NCBI GenBank assembly: GCA_951406725.2
Contig: OX597837.1
Coordinates: 45,694,001 to 45,758,000, forward strand
Direction of reading: 5' to 3'
Length of the DNA stretch: 64,000 bases
Origin: Octopus vulgaris
Lineage: Eukaryota
Shown piece after piece: positions 42,383 through 55,129 of the stretch. A model generated the notes under the pieces. The model did not search any database. It was not told the origin of the DNA and saw nothing but the letters and a program-made list of their open reading frames with translations. Made by a program: the position numbers and the translations under genes. Position 1 is the stretch's first letter; every line of letters starts with the position of its first letter.

Positions 42383-42390
<8 letters not shown>
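42195..42390 (+). mobile_element. Penelope-like terminal fragment with decayed hammerhead (42264-42298)
   Basis: gttt-CTGACGA-a-GAGCtctGCTC-AAAACATA-aaac is consistent with CpG decay of GAAACGTA. It ends at (TA)n. Confidence 0.6.
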
Positions 42391-42445
<55 letters not shown>

Positions 42446-44250
42446 CTTGTGTGTGTGTATTCCTACACGCAATATAAACAAAAGTGCATTCTGCACCAAA
42501 AGCCAATATGAGATTTTCTTTCATGGTAGTATCTACTGCAGTAAATTTGTTTTAACAGGTCATTCACATTTAAGTGGGGATAAATATTACCTCACAAGTA
42601 TTAATACCGGCCCTATTGCCAATATATATACATATGTATATGTATACACACACATATACACACACATCCATATGTATGTTTGTGTGTATACATATATGTG
42701 TGTGTATGGATATGAGGAAGTTTTTATGATATGTGGATGATGTATGTAAATGACAAAAACTGTTTGCTATTGAAGTCTAATATTTAACGTTCCACAATTT
42801 ATATTGCCTTTTGTGGCAAGTAATAAGAACAACCTTCCTCATCATCATCATCATCATCATCATCAACAACATTAATAACCTGACTCTTATTAATAGTGTT
42901 GGGATATCAATGGGCCTTGCATAAAATACATTTGTATGTATTTGCCAGTTTTTGTTTTTTTCTTAAATTATTATTATTGTGCACTTTAAGCCGTATCACG
43001 CCACCATTTGATATAACAGCCCCGCAGTGTGTGTTTATGTGTGTGCGTGCATGCATGCAAGCGTGCGCGTGCGTGTGATGTTTTCGATTTCTGTAACATG
43101 TGCCTTTTCTTTAATGCCCCGTGACAAAATAAACCACTATTAGTGTTACAATTACCACTGCTGCTACTACTACTACTAATACTACTACTACCACTGCTAC
43201 TACTACTGCTACAACCACCACTGCTACTACTACTACTACTACCACCACTACTACTACCACAACCTACTACTACTACTGCTGCTGCTGCTACTACTACTAC
43301 CACTACCTACTACTACCACTACCTACTACCACTACCTACTACCACTACTACTACTACTACATTGTGGAACCTATTAATGCTTCTTAATTTTACTCTATGT
43401 CTATTTTATTATTAATATTGTTTATATTCTAATTCTCATTATTAATGTATCATCATCATCATCATCATCAACAACAGGACCACTATCCTCATCATGAAAC
43501 ACAACAGCAGCAGCAGCACTGGTGGTGATGATGGTAGTAGTAGTAGTAGTAGTTGCAGTGAGTTTGGTGGCTTACTTCTTTATGCACACGTGCATTTGTG
43601 CATGAGAATGCAAGAATGCACACACACACAACACACAAGTGTGGATTTTCACACTTTTCTTTTCAACATATAAATTTCTGATAAACGGTGCCGCCGGCAG
43701 AGGGCAAACAAAACAAAAACAAAAAGTATCAATAACAGAAACCAAAAAAAAAAGCAACAAACAACCGCCCAAACTTACTAAAAGACACACAGACGCACGC
43801 AGCAGGAAAGACAGTTCGGAACTGCTCCAACCATCGACATTTCCCTAAGGTTCCACGCAAGAAACCAACATGAGTGATTAAATTTCCTTCAAAATAAAAT
43901 TTAAATAAAACATTTATTTTTCATTTATTTCTGTCTAAAATCAAAGGAAAATTAAAATTTTAAAAGAAAAATAAATAAATATATGTTTAAATAATCAATA
44001 AATAGCTTTAAAAAAAAAAAGAATGTAGTCAAAGCCCCTGGAGACAATGGTGGTATTGAACCCCTAATCATAGGTTTTGTTTGGTAGATCATTTTTGTTG
44101 TTTTCTTTACTGTTTGTTTGTGTGTTTGTTGCTGTAGTTGTTGCATGTTTTGTGCATGTATTTATATGTGAGTGTGTGTATACATGTGATATTTGTCTAT
44201 ATAGATTTATACAATTTATACACTAACATACACATATATATACATATACA

Positions 44251-44435
44251 GGCGCAGGAGTGGCTGTGTAGGCGTAGGAGTGGCTGTGTGGTAAGTAGCT
44301 TGCTTACCAACCACATGGTTCCAGGTTCAGTCCCACTGCGTGACATCTTGGGCAAGTATCTTCTGCTATAGCCCCGGGCCGACCAATGCCTTGTGAGTGG
44401 ATTTGGTAGACGGAAACTGAAAGAAGCCTGTTGTA

Positions 44436-44484
<49 letters not shown>

Positions 44485-44700
44485 ATATGTTTGTGTGTCT
44501 GTGTTTGTCCCCCTAGCATTGCTTGACAACCGATGCTGGTGTGTTTATGTCCCCGTCACTTAGCAGTTCGGCAAAAGAGACCGATAGAATAAGTACTGGG
44601 CTTACAAAAGAATAAGTCCCGGGGTCGATTTGCTCGACTAAAGGTGGTGCTCCAGCATGGCCGCAGTCAAATGACTGAAACAAGTAAAAGAGTAAAAGAG
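44251..44700 (+). mobile_element. SINE family A, full length, young, with duplicated 5' head
   Basis: ggcgcaggagtggctgtgta followed by ggcgtaggagtggctgtgtggtaag, with CpGs retained. Confidence 0.92.
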
Positions 44701-45215
44701 TATACATATATATGCGTGTGTGTTGTATATGTATATGTGTGTTTGTATGTGTAAATGAATTTGTATATATAAAAGTGGTATATATATTTATATATGTGTA
44801 TCTTTCATCTTTTACTTGATTCAGTGATTTAGACAGTGGCCATGCTGGAGCAATGCCTCGAGGAATTTTTAGTCGAATGAATCGACTCCAAAACTTTTTC
44901 TTTCTCTCTTTAAGCCTGGTACTTATTCTATTGATCCATTTTGCTAAACCACCAAGTTACAGGGACGTAAACACACCAGCACTACTTGTGAAGGAGTGGT
45001 GAGAGACACAGACACAAAAACGTACACACACACAGATATATATATGTGTCATCATCATCATCATCATCATCGTAGTTTAACATCCGCTTTCCATGCTGGC
45101 ATGGGTTGGACGGTTTGTCTGAGGGCTGGCAAGCCAGGAGGCTGCACCAGGCTCCAATCTGATCTGGCAAAGTTTCTACAGCTGGATGCCCTTCCTAATG
45201 CCAATGTGTGTGTAT

Positions 45216-45274
<59 letters not shown>

Positions 45275-46222
45275 CACACACAATGGGCTTCTTTCAGTTT
45301 CTGTCTAACAAATCCACTCACAAGGCCTTGGTCAGACCAAGGCTATAGTAGAAGACACTTACCCAAAGTGCCAGGCAGTGGGACTGAACCCAGAACCATG
45401 TGATTGGTAAGCAAGCTTCTTACCACACAGCCACACGTGCACCTATAAACATTTTGGATATGCATGTCAGTGTGTGTATGCATGTGTTCTATATAAAGGG
45501 TAAAGACCTCTCCCCACCTTCAGTCATGAATGAGCACCAAATTGCACTTAAAAAGTTCCCCTCAGAAGAACAAGTCCGGGCAAGGTTGTTTATGGAAGAC
45601 CAGCAGTCACCCATGAATACCCGTCTCCCCTCTCCACGTCACCGATGTTATCCAAGGGAAAGGCAAAGGGGCCAATACAGTGTGGTACTTGTGATGTCGC
45701 CACTCATTTCTGTTGGAGCAATGGGAAATGATGTGTCTTGCTCTTATTAACTCTGTGCCGGTGGCACGTAAAAAGCACCAACCGATCATGACCGATGCCA
45801 GACCCCCCCCCCTGGCACCTGTCCAGGTGGCACGTAAAAAGCACCCACTACACTTATGGAGTGGTTGGCGTTAGGAAGGGCATCCAGCCGTAGAAACACT
45901 ACGAGATCAGACTAGAGCCTGGTGCTGCCCCTGGCTTCCCAGACCCCGGTCGAACCATCCAACCCGTGCTAGCGCGGAAAACGGACGTTAAACGATGATG
46001 ATGATGATGTTACCAACCCGGCTGAAACCGACTCTGGCTCTGTAGTACAAATGTCTTGTTTTCATAAGTTTCGAATTAAAATCTTCCACCAAACCTTAGT
46101 CACAATTTATGTTCCTAACACTAGCTTAATGATAACGAAGTTATTTTACTAAATTCCTTGTTATATTTAAAATAATTAAAAGAAACACAGAGCATCTCAA
46201 AATAAATACAGTAACGAAAGGG

Positions 46223-46264
<42 letters not shown>

Positions 46265-46272
46265 ATGAATTT

Positions 46273-46650
46273 GGAGATTAGTGCATCTGCATATTTTATA
46301 TTTCTACATTAAATTGTACAGAATACTTTGTTTAAATATGTCAGATGCACGTTTCTGCTGCACAGACAACAAGCAATTGCATTTGCACTCAGTTACTTTT
46401 GACTGGCTATCAGTATGCGCAACTTCATTTAAGCCTACATACACTGAGTGCATCTGGGTTTCACTTTCAACCACATCACAGGACGGACCTGGAATAAAGT
46501 TGTACAGACTGGCAACCAGTCAAAAGTGACTGGGTGCAGATGCAACTGCTGGTTGTCTGTGCAGCAGAAATGTGCATCGGACATATCTAAACCAAATATG
46601 CTGTGTAACTGGCTGTCAAAACATAAAATAACGCAGACGTACTAATCTCC
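46273..46650. mobile_element. Large imperfect fold-back element (~150-bp arms)
   Basis: ggagattagt.c.tctgc..gatgcacgtttctgctgcacagacaac..ttttgactgg / ccagtcaaaa..gttgtctgtgcagcagaaatgtgcatc..gcagacgtactaatctcc. Confidence 0.8.
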
Positions 46651-47460
46651 GCATATATAGCTGTGTGGTAAGAAGTTCACGTCCCAACAAAATGGCTCTG
46701 GGTTCAGTTCCACTGCATGGCCCCAGGCCTTCTGAGTGGATTTCATAGACTGAAGCTGAAAGAAGTATATACATATGTGATCACAACTGCCCAACGAACG
46801 GGAATGTCAAACTCTAAGAAGCAGCTTTTTGTGATATTTTTGTGATGTCTTTGCAGCTTAAATACTTCTGGTATTCAAGTACTATTTTTTCCCCACCTTG
46901 TTTCACATTTCTCTGCTTACTTGAGTGTATGTGTGTGTGTGTATATATATATATATATTATTTCTACTCTAGGCACAAGGTCTTGAAAATTTGGGGGGAA
47001 GGGTACATCAACTTCAGTACTTGACTAGCACTTGACTAGGAAGTTTGGCTGTTATTTCTGGCAAGGAAAGGAACCACATTGTGGACAACTCTATGATTTG
47101 AGTAATAATTCATGATATTTTTTAACCCTCGGCCAGCTCCATTCAAGCAGTGATAATTTGGGATCATAACTGTTGCCACTCTCTCTCTTCTTTTCCAAAC
47201 ATAGTGTATCTAGGACTACAGTTCTTTGACCTTGAAAGTTGACCATGGTGAGATTTGAACTCAGAACCTAAAGTATCAGAAGAACTCCCACTAAGCATTT
47301 CCTATCATGCCAATAATTCTGCTAACTCAGTCCCTTCTTTAAATAACTGGTTCTCGGTCAGTTACAACAACAAGGGTTCCAGTTGACCCGTCCAATGTAA
47401 CAGCCTGCTCCTGAAATTAATAATGAGCAAGTGGCTGAGTATTCCACAGATCTGTATATC

Positions 47461-48169
47461 TTAACCCTTTAGCATTTAAACAGGCCATATCCAGCCAAAA
47501 TATCCTACCTGTTTTATGTTCAAACTGGTTAGATCCAACTTTGCACATTTATACTACAATGTTAGTCTAAAGACGAAAGCTCAGATTATCAAATTCACAA
47601 AGCCACAAGATAAACACATGATTAACCCTTTTGATACCAACCCAACTGAAACCGCCTCTGGCTCTGTAGTACATATGTCTTACTTTCATAAGTATTGAAT
47701 TCAAATCTTCCACCAAACCTTAGTCACAATTTAAGTTCCTAAACACTAGCTTAATGATAACTAAGTTATTTTACTAAATTCTTTGATATATTTAAAATTA
47801 ATTGAAAGAAACACAGAGCATCTAAACAGCATTATGGTAACAAAAGGGTTAAAATATATAACAGAGAAACAATTCTTAACCCTTTTGATACCAACCCAGC
47901 TGAAACTGCCTCTGGCTCTGTAGTACAAATGCCTTGTTTTCATAAGTATTGAATTAAAATCTTCCACCAAACCTTAGTCACAATTTATGTTCCCAACACT
48001 AGCCTAATGATAACTAAGTTCTTTTACTAAATTCCTCATTATAATTAAAATTAATTGAATGAAACACAGAGCATCTCAAAATAAATACGGTAACGAAAGG
48101 GTTAATTCAAAACAATGTGAATAAATAATCCTAACATTTGAGAGAGGACCCTGAATGCTAAAGGGTTAA
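47461..48169. mobile_element. P1 MITE containing two tandem P2 MITEs, itself inserted in a family D SINE
   Basis: There are TTAA junctions at 47461, 47622, 47849, 47876, 48102 and 48166, and the SINE D sequence resumes at 48170. Confidence 0.88.
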
Positions 48170-49589
48170 AAGTAGTTCTCGGGGAGATATCCAGCAAAGT
48201 GCAGAATATGACAAGGCTGGCCCTTTGAAATACAGGTACAACTCATTTTTGCCAGCTGAGTGGACTGGAGCAATGTGAAATAAAGTGTCTTGCTCAAGGA
48301 CACAATGCACCCCAAGGAATTGAACTCATGCTTTTACAATACTGAGCTGACTACCCTAACCACTAAGCCATGCACCTTCTTTAAATAATGTAATTTTAAA
48401 TGTGTATTAAATTGAATTTCGTGTATTTTTAGCCAAAGCAGTGAGACTTTGGCAGGAATAACAGCAGGTGTTTGTTTACCTTTGCCTCAGGTAAAAGGAA
48501 ACAAATGCTCGTCCTTAGGGTTTGTCGATAAAACACATTTAAAATTATATTTCCCGGCTGCTTGATGCAATAACAGTTACACAATATATCACTCAAAATG
48601 TTTAAACAAATAAGATGGTCATGGTTGGATTGTGTACACAATCAGGGCTGACCTAAAGCTAAACCACAATAACACCAACAACAACATACTCTCACCCACT
48701 CTCCTTCTTTCTCTCTCTCTCTCTTTCTCTGTCTGTCTGTCTCTCTCTCTCTCTAGCTCTCTCTCTGTCCCTGTCACTGTCTTTCTGTCCCTCTCACTCA
48801 TTCCCACTCTCAACTTGCCTCCCTTTCTCCCTTTCCCCACTCTCCCCTTTCTCTATTTCTCTTTCTCCTCTCGTCCCTCCTTTCTCTCCCTCTCTCTATC
48901 TCTCTCCTTCTCTCGCTCCCTCACTCCACTTTCTTCTCTCTCACTCCCTATCTCTCTATCATTCTCTCAACCTCCTCCCTCTCCCCATGTCCCCCTCCCT
49001 TCTCTGCCTCTCACTCTTCCTCTTTTCCTTCCTCTCCCTTCGTCCTTTCTCTCTCCCCATCTACCCACCCAACGCCCTTTACATGGATGTACTTTGATCG
49101 GGTGCAAGGTTTGCTTTTGTCAGTGTTATTACAGATAACTGCGGTGAACCCGTGTGTTATTACTGGTATCTACATGTCTGGTGCCACCATGCTTCCATGG
49201 GCAGGACAATGTCAAAGTAGGGCAGGTTTCAGCTTAGAAGGGAGCAGACAGGCAGACAAGCAGGCAGACAAACAGATAGATAGGCAGACAGACAAGCTGA
49301 CAAGCAGCTAGGCAGACAGATAGGCAGGCAGGCAGGCAGACAGGCAGATGGATAACTAAGTAGATGGACAAGTAGACAGGCAGAAAGGTAGACAGACAGA
49401 CAGACAGACAGACAAGCAGCCAGGCAGAGAGACAGACAGACAGAAAAGTAGACAGGCTGGCAAGGAAAAAGAACCAGCATGCAGACACAGATAGATGGAA
49501 AGACAGACAGACAGACAGATAAAACGAAAACGCTAAGACATTTAGTCCACAGTTCTTCACTTCTGCAAACTCACCACTTTTCTAGCAGA

Positions 49590-49638
49590 AACAGCAGCAG
49601 TGGTGGTGGTGGTGGTGGTGGTGGTGGTAGTAGTGGTG

Positions 49639-49670
<32 letters not shown>

Positions 49671-49722
49671 TACAGCAATAGCAGTAGTAGCAGTAATAGT
49701 AGTAGTGGTGGTGGTGGTGGTG

Positions 49723-49757
<35 letters not shown>

Positions 49758-49809
49758 TACAGCAATAGCAGTAGTAGCAGTAATAGTAGTAGTGGTGGTG
49801 GTGGTGGTG

Positions 49810-49845
<36 letters not shown>

Positions 49846-50175
49846 GTTACAGCAATAGCAGTAGTAGCAGTAATAGTAGTAGTGGTGGTGGTGGTGGTGG
49901 TGGTAGTAGTAGTAGTAGTAGAGGTAGCAGCAGCAATAGCAGTAGTAGTAGCAGTAGTAGTAGTAGTAGTGGTGATGGTGGTGGTGGTGGTGGTGGTGGT
50001 GGTGGTAGTAGTAGCAGCTGCAGTAATAGTAGTAGCAGCAGTAGCACCAGCAGCAGCATTGATGGTGGTGGTGGTAGTAGTAGTAGCAGCAGTAGTAGTA
50101 GTAGAAGTAGCACTGGTGTTGGTAGTAGTAGTAGTACTAGTAGTAGTAGTAGCAGCAGCAGCAACAGCAGCAGCG
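49590..50175. repeat. Compound (GGT)n/(AGT)n/(AGC)n repeat with a higher-order unit of about 87-90 bp
   Basis: tacagcaatagcagtagtagcagtaat recurs at about 49671, 49758 and 49848. Confidence 0.9.
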
Positions 50176-50547
50176 TGAAGAAATAGTAAAAATAGACAGA
50201 GCATGCGTGTGTATGCATACAAGTGTGTGTGTGTGTGTGCATATCACTTTGCATCAATGTGTGCATAGAGGTGTATGCATGTGCAAATATGCAGACATAT
50301 GTAAAGCACAGGCATGCTTGTGCATGAGTGCATGCGTGTGTGTGTGTGTGCACTTGCAAATACACTTGTGGGGGAGGGGGGGCATGTGTGAGTGTGTGTG
50401 CGGGGGTCTATTTCTGAGAGTGTGAGACTGGGGATGTTAATGCATGTGGGAACATGTAGATATGTATGTATGTATACATGTGTGTGTGTGTGTGTAGAGT
50501 GGGATGTCAGCAACTAACAAGAATCTGAATGCTGAGATAGCGAGGCA

Positions 50548-50700
50548 GTGAGAGAGAGAGAGAGGGAGAGAGACTAAGGGAGAGAGAAAGTATATGAGGA
50601 GAAAGATGTGAGAAAGAGAGTGCAGAAGAGAGAGTGATAGCATGAGAAGAGAGGGGGAGCATAAGAAAAAGAGAGAACAGAGGAGAGAAGAAGAGAGAGA

Positions 50701-50740
<40 letters not shown>

Positions 50741-51058
50741 AGAAAAGAAGAGAGAGAAGAGAGAAAAGAAGAGAGAGAAGAGAGAAGAGAAGAGAGAAAA
50801 GAAGAGAGAGAGAAAAGAAGACAGAGAGAAGAAGAGAGAGAGAAAAGAAGAGAGAGGGAGAAGAGAGAGAGAAGAAGAGAGAGAGAGAAGAGAGAAAGAA
50901 GAGAGAAAGAAGAGAGATAGAAAAAGAGAGATAGAAGAGAAAGAGAGAAGAGCGAGAGAGAAAGAACATGAGAGAGAGAGAGAGCATAAGAAAGACAGAG
51001 TGCACAAGAGAAGAAGAGAGAGAGAGAGCATGAGAGATGGAGAGTAACAGAGAGAGAT
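50548..51058 (+). repeat. Polypurine (GA-rich) tract
   Basis: Almost pure A/G over several hundred bp, with repeated gaagagagaaaa units. Confidence 0.9.
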
Positions 51059-51361
51059 ATCCATGTGCACATTCACTGCACCATCTGCACTGACCCATGC
51101 AGCACCAGCAGCAGGAACGTCAGCGTCAGCAGCTGCAAACATATGTCTGTGAGTGCCAACTCATGCATTCACTCTTTTTGTTTTACAGATTCCGTCATTA
51201 ATTCCTGCATCCATTCATTTGGTTCCCATCTCACAAGTTTCTCACTCGATTTATTTACTTGTCTCCATTTCCGCAATTCATCTACAAAAACCATACATTC
51301 ATCTAGCGTACTACCAACATGTCTCTCTACCTACCTGCCTATCTATCAATCTATATGTATG

Positions 51362-51392
<31 letters not shown>

Positions 51393-51393
<1 letters not shown>

Positions 51394-51621
51394 CCGGAGT
51401 AAACACATAAATGTGAAACAAGGTGGAAAAAAGAGTACTCAAATACCAGGGGTAGAGTAATATGCTTTATTTAAAGCAGCAGAAAATTCAACAAAACCTG
51501 TTACTCTGAGTTTCCCGTTGCCGTTCATCGGACAGTTTTTGCTGTAAAAACTGTCCGATGAACGGCAACGGGAAACTCAGAGTAACAGGTTTTGTTGAAT
51601 TTTCTGCTGCTTTAAATAAAG
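51393..51621. mobile_element. Fold-back element with perfect 76-bp arms and hammerhead-like core
   Basis: 51465-51540 is the exact reverse complement of 51546-51621 with a gctgt loop. Reads ctgt-CCGATGA-acggcaacgg-GAA-ACTCaGAGT-A-acag and has (TA)n on both sides. Confidence 0.9.
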
Positions 51622-51744
51622 TATATATATATATATATATATAGCAAAATTTAGATTCAGATGAATATGGTACCAGTTAAGTTAAAGGCACCAGAATTTT
51701 GTATGGTATTATCCATATAAATCAAATGGGGTGATTATAATCAA

Positions 51745-51865
51745 AATAAGCAACAAGGATATCCAAGGTAGAGTGGTACAATTGTTTCATGCTACTTTAT
51801 TTTAATAAAATGAAGTAGCATGAAACAATTGTACTACTCTACCTTGGATATCTTTGTTGCTTATT
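51745..51865. mobile_element. Fold-back element (~55-bp arms)
   Basis: aataagcaacaaggatatccaaggtagagtggtacaattgtttcatgctactt / aagtagcatgaaacaattgtactactctaccttggatatctttgttgcttatt. A related single arm lies at about 965-1021. Confidence 0.85.
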
Positions 51866-52434
51866 CATATATGTGTGTGTATAATATAGAGAGAGAAAGA
51901 AAGCACGTGAGAGAAAGAGAGGGAGAGCATAAGGGGAGAAGTGAGAGAGGAGAGCGAAGATATGGATGGATGGATGGATGATCTATCTAGCCGTTTCTAC
52001 ATATTTATCAATCCATCCAACCAGTTATTGCTACCTATCTACCTACTTACATACCTACCTATGTATCTACATATCTACCTGTTTGTTCAGCCACCCGCCC
52101 GCCCACTTACCTACCTGTCTAACTAGCTGTATTAACCCGTGTATCCCTCTATCTATCACCAAATTCCCATGTCATTTACCTATCCAACAATCTACTTATC
52201 AATTGACCTATCTATCTATCAACATTCCGTTCAAGCTCTTCCTAACTTCTGGGGTTCTGCCAATATTAGGGAGATCAGAAAGTTTGCGTAACACGCTACC
52301 TCAGTATACGAAAGAATGTGTGATAACAAACTTTGGGCTGCCTATGTTTGGTTCACTGCAGAACTAAAGATCTCATCATATTCTCTCCACCAGCCACAGT
52401 CTGATGTGGAGGCCATGAATTTTAGCTTTAGCTC

Positions 52435-52850
52435 ATCATCATCATTGTTTGACCGTTGTCAAGACAATGGAACTTACTATGTTACGCCAGACTTCACGGT
52501 CCATCATAGCATTACAAAGGTCTTGTTGCTGGATGCCTGTATCCCTAGAGATTACATCAGGGTAGGAGAGTGTGCGCCCTCTGGTATCGTGAGCAGATGG
52601 CTTCCAGAGGAGAAGAGTAGAAATTACCTCGTTTTCAGCTCTACAACAATGTCCAGCAAACTGGACTCTTCTACCTTTCACAAGAGATGACACAGGTGGT
52701 AATTTCCCATATATTTGTACTTTGGATGGATGACGCTTCTACAAGAGATTTTGAGCTCTCATAAGGAGGCGAGTGTAAGTTCCATCCAACCGCCTCTCAA
52801 GCTTCTTTGATAACGTCCAGGTTTCTGGGCCATATAGTAGAATTACTATA
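52435..52850 (-). pseudogene. RTE-group LINE ORF C-terminus with (TGA)n tail
   Basis: ILLYGPETWTLSKKLERRLDGTYTRLLMRAQN..RRVQFAGHCCRAENEVISTLLLWKP..MMDREVWRNIV..KQ*, with one internal stop. Confidence 0.88.
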
Positions 52851-54295
52851 CTGGTTAGGATGAACCTACTCTGCAACATTGGCTCAACACGGCTTGGCAG
52901 AGGAGTTTGGTTTTTTGTATACTTTTATCCAGAAGCAGTTAAGTCAATTACATTGACCCCAGTTCTCAGCCTGAACTTACCTTATCAACCCCAAAAGGTT
53001 GAAAGGCAAAGTTGATCTCAGCAGAATTTGAACAATAAGCAAACCATTTCTGAATTGGAAAGAAAAACTTATGTTCTTGTGATGTCTGATGAAATGTAAT
53101 GGAAAATAGATCAGTTTCAAAACATTGATGTCCAGATCCCAAAAGCAAAGTTTGAAGGGGATAGAAGTCCTTTCCTTTTATTTCTACAGCAAAGGGGAAA
53201 CAGCACTTACTGACCAAAGACATGAAAAAAATAAGAATTTTGTTACACAGTTTGATTGGCTGAATTCCTGTCTTCTACTCTAGCCTTCTGCTATACATCG
53301 TCAAAGTCTCAAAGTTATGAGACAATGCAAGATTAAGTCAGAACAATGTGAATAAATAAATAAATATTAATTAGACAGAATAATCTTAATGCTAAAGAGT
53401 TGTGATGTACGAGGGATGAAGAACTGAAGAACTTGTCCAAGGTCATGGGAAATTCAAAGTAAAGAAAGAGTATTTTCCATACATTGAATGAATACTTCCG
53501 CATGTGTGTAAACAAATTTACACACAGAGATGCGTATGCATGTGTGTGTCAGCATATACACACACATACATGCACATATGCACATTTATATAAGTATGCA
53601 CACACACAAACACATTTCTATGTGAATGTGCAAATGTATGTGCACTTACGCATACATATATATATATATACACACACATACATTTATAAAGAAATGTCTA
53701 TACATGTGTGCAAACATAACAGCACATTCATGTATATATATATTTTTATTTCTCGTATTGTATTTTCTTTTTATTTCTCGTATTGTATTTTCTTGTACAT
53801 GTATTTTTATCTTGTATTTTATTTTGTAGTTTTATTTGTATCGTTTTTTACGTCCTATTTGTGTTACATTTTTTTCTTTGCTTGTTTTTACCCCTCTGCG
53901 AGACAATTTTATTTTAATTCTCTCGCAGGAAAGACTAGTTTGGCGAGTCATGTCCTGTCTTGCCTTCGAAACACGCTGGAGCCGAACTAGTGACAGCTGA
54001 AGAAGGGGATTTTTCCTTGTGTAGTATGTCCTGTACTCTGTTTTTTCTGTTGTAAAAAAATGGTTTTTCCGTTTTCGTTTCTCGTTGAGTTCTACGTCTA
54101 GTTGTGGTGTCCTGTACTCACATCATCGTCATCATCATCATTGTTTAACGTCCGCTTTCCATGCTAGCATGGGTTGGACGGTTCAACTGGGGTCTGGGGA
54201 GCCCGAAGGCTGCACCAGGCCAGTCAGATCTGGCAGTGTTTCTACAGCTGGATGCCCTTCCTAACGCCAACCACTCCGTGAGTGTACTGGGTGAT

Positions 54296-54740
54296 TTTAT
54301 GTGCCACCGACACAGGTGCCAGACGAGGCTGGCGGACGGCCACGCTCGGATGGTGTTTTTTTATGTGCCACCGACACAGGTGCCAGACGAGGCTGGCGAA
54401 CGGCCACGCTCGGATGGTGTTTTTTTATGTGCCACCGACACAGGTGCCAGACGAGGCTGGCGGACGGCCACGCTCAGATGGTGTTTTTTATGTGCCACCG
54501 ACACAGGTGCCAGACGAGGCTGGCGAACGGCCACGATCGGATGGTGTTTTTTATGTGCCACCGACACAGGTGCCAGACGAGGTTGGCGAACGGCCACGAT
54601 TGGATGTTGTTTTTTTATGTGCCACCGACACAGGTGCCAGACGAGGCTGGCGGACGGCCACACTCGGATGGTGTTTTTTTATGTGCCACCGACACAGGTG
54701 CCAGACGAGGCTGGCGAACGGCCACGATCGGATGGTGTTT
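54296..54740. repeat. 63-64-bp GC-rich tandem repeat, 7 copies, inside a family B element (54120-54740)
   Basis: gtgccaccgacacaggtgccagacgagg starts at 54301, 54365, 54429, 54492, 54555, 54619 and 54683. Confidence 0.95.
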
Positions 54741-55129
54741 GTAACGTTTTTTCTTTGCTTGTTTTTACCCCTCTGCGAGGGGTAAAATATATACACCATC
54801 ACGTGTATATATATTTATATATGCATGTATATATACATGTAGATGTAGGTACGTACATATATGCTTGTATGTATGCATATATTTTATTTATTACACTATA
54901 TATATACATATATATATATATTTGGTAAAATAGAAAGATGAATAATCTTGTTGCAGATTAATCAAAAGTTTAACCGATACCTTGGTAGCAAAAATCACGG
55001 CAGAAGAAAGCACGGTTGGAGATAAAACCTTTTGGTGTTGCAACCGTGCGTTGGTGCGGATAATTGAATTTTAGTATTATTAGTGAATTGAACTCCATTT
55101 CTTCAATTCACTAATAATACATATATATA

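Noticed and set aside
49479-50222. Long Gly/Ser-, Thr- or Val-rich ORFs
   Set aside because: These are trinucleotide repeats open in several frames, with no splice or domain support.
53990-54030. Complete hammerhead at CTGAAGAAGGGG
   Set aside because: There is no GAAA after the putative stem II, so it is only a partial motif.
54296-54740. CRISPR-like array
   Set aside because: The units are wholly repeated with no unique spacers, there are no cas genes, and the array lies within a eukaryotic SINE-like element.
54161-54928. 255-aa repetitive ORF
   Set aside because: It is a translation of the minisatellite, and the frame shifts with T-run length.
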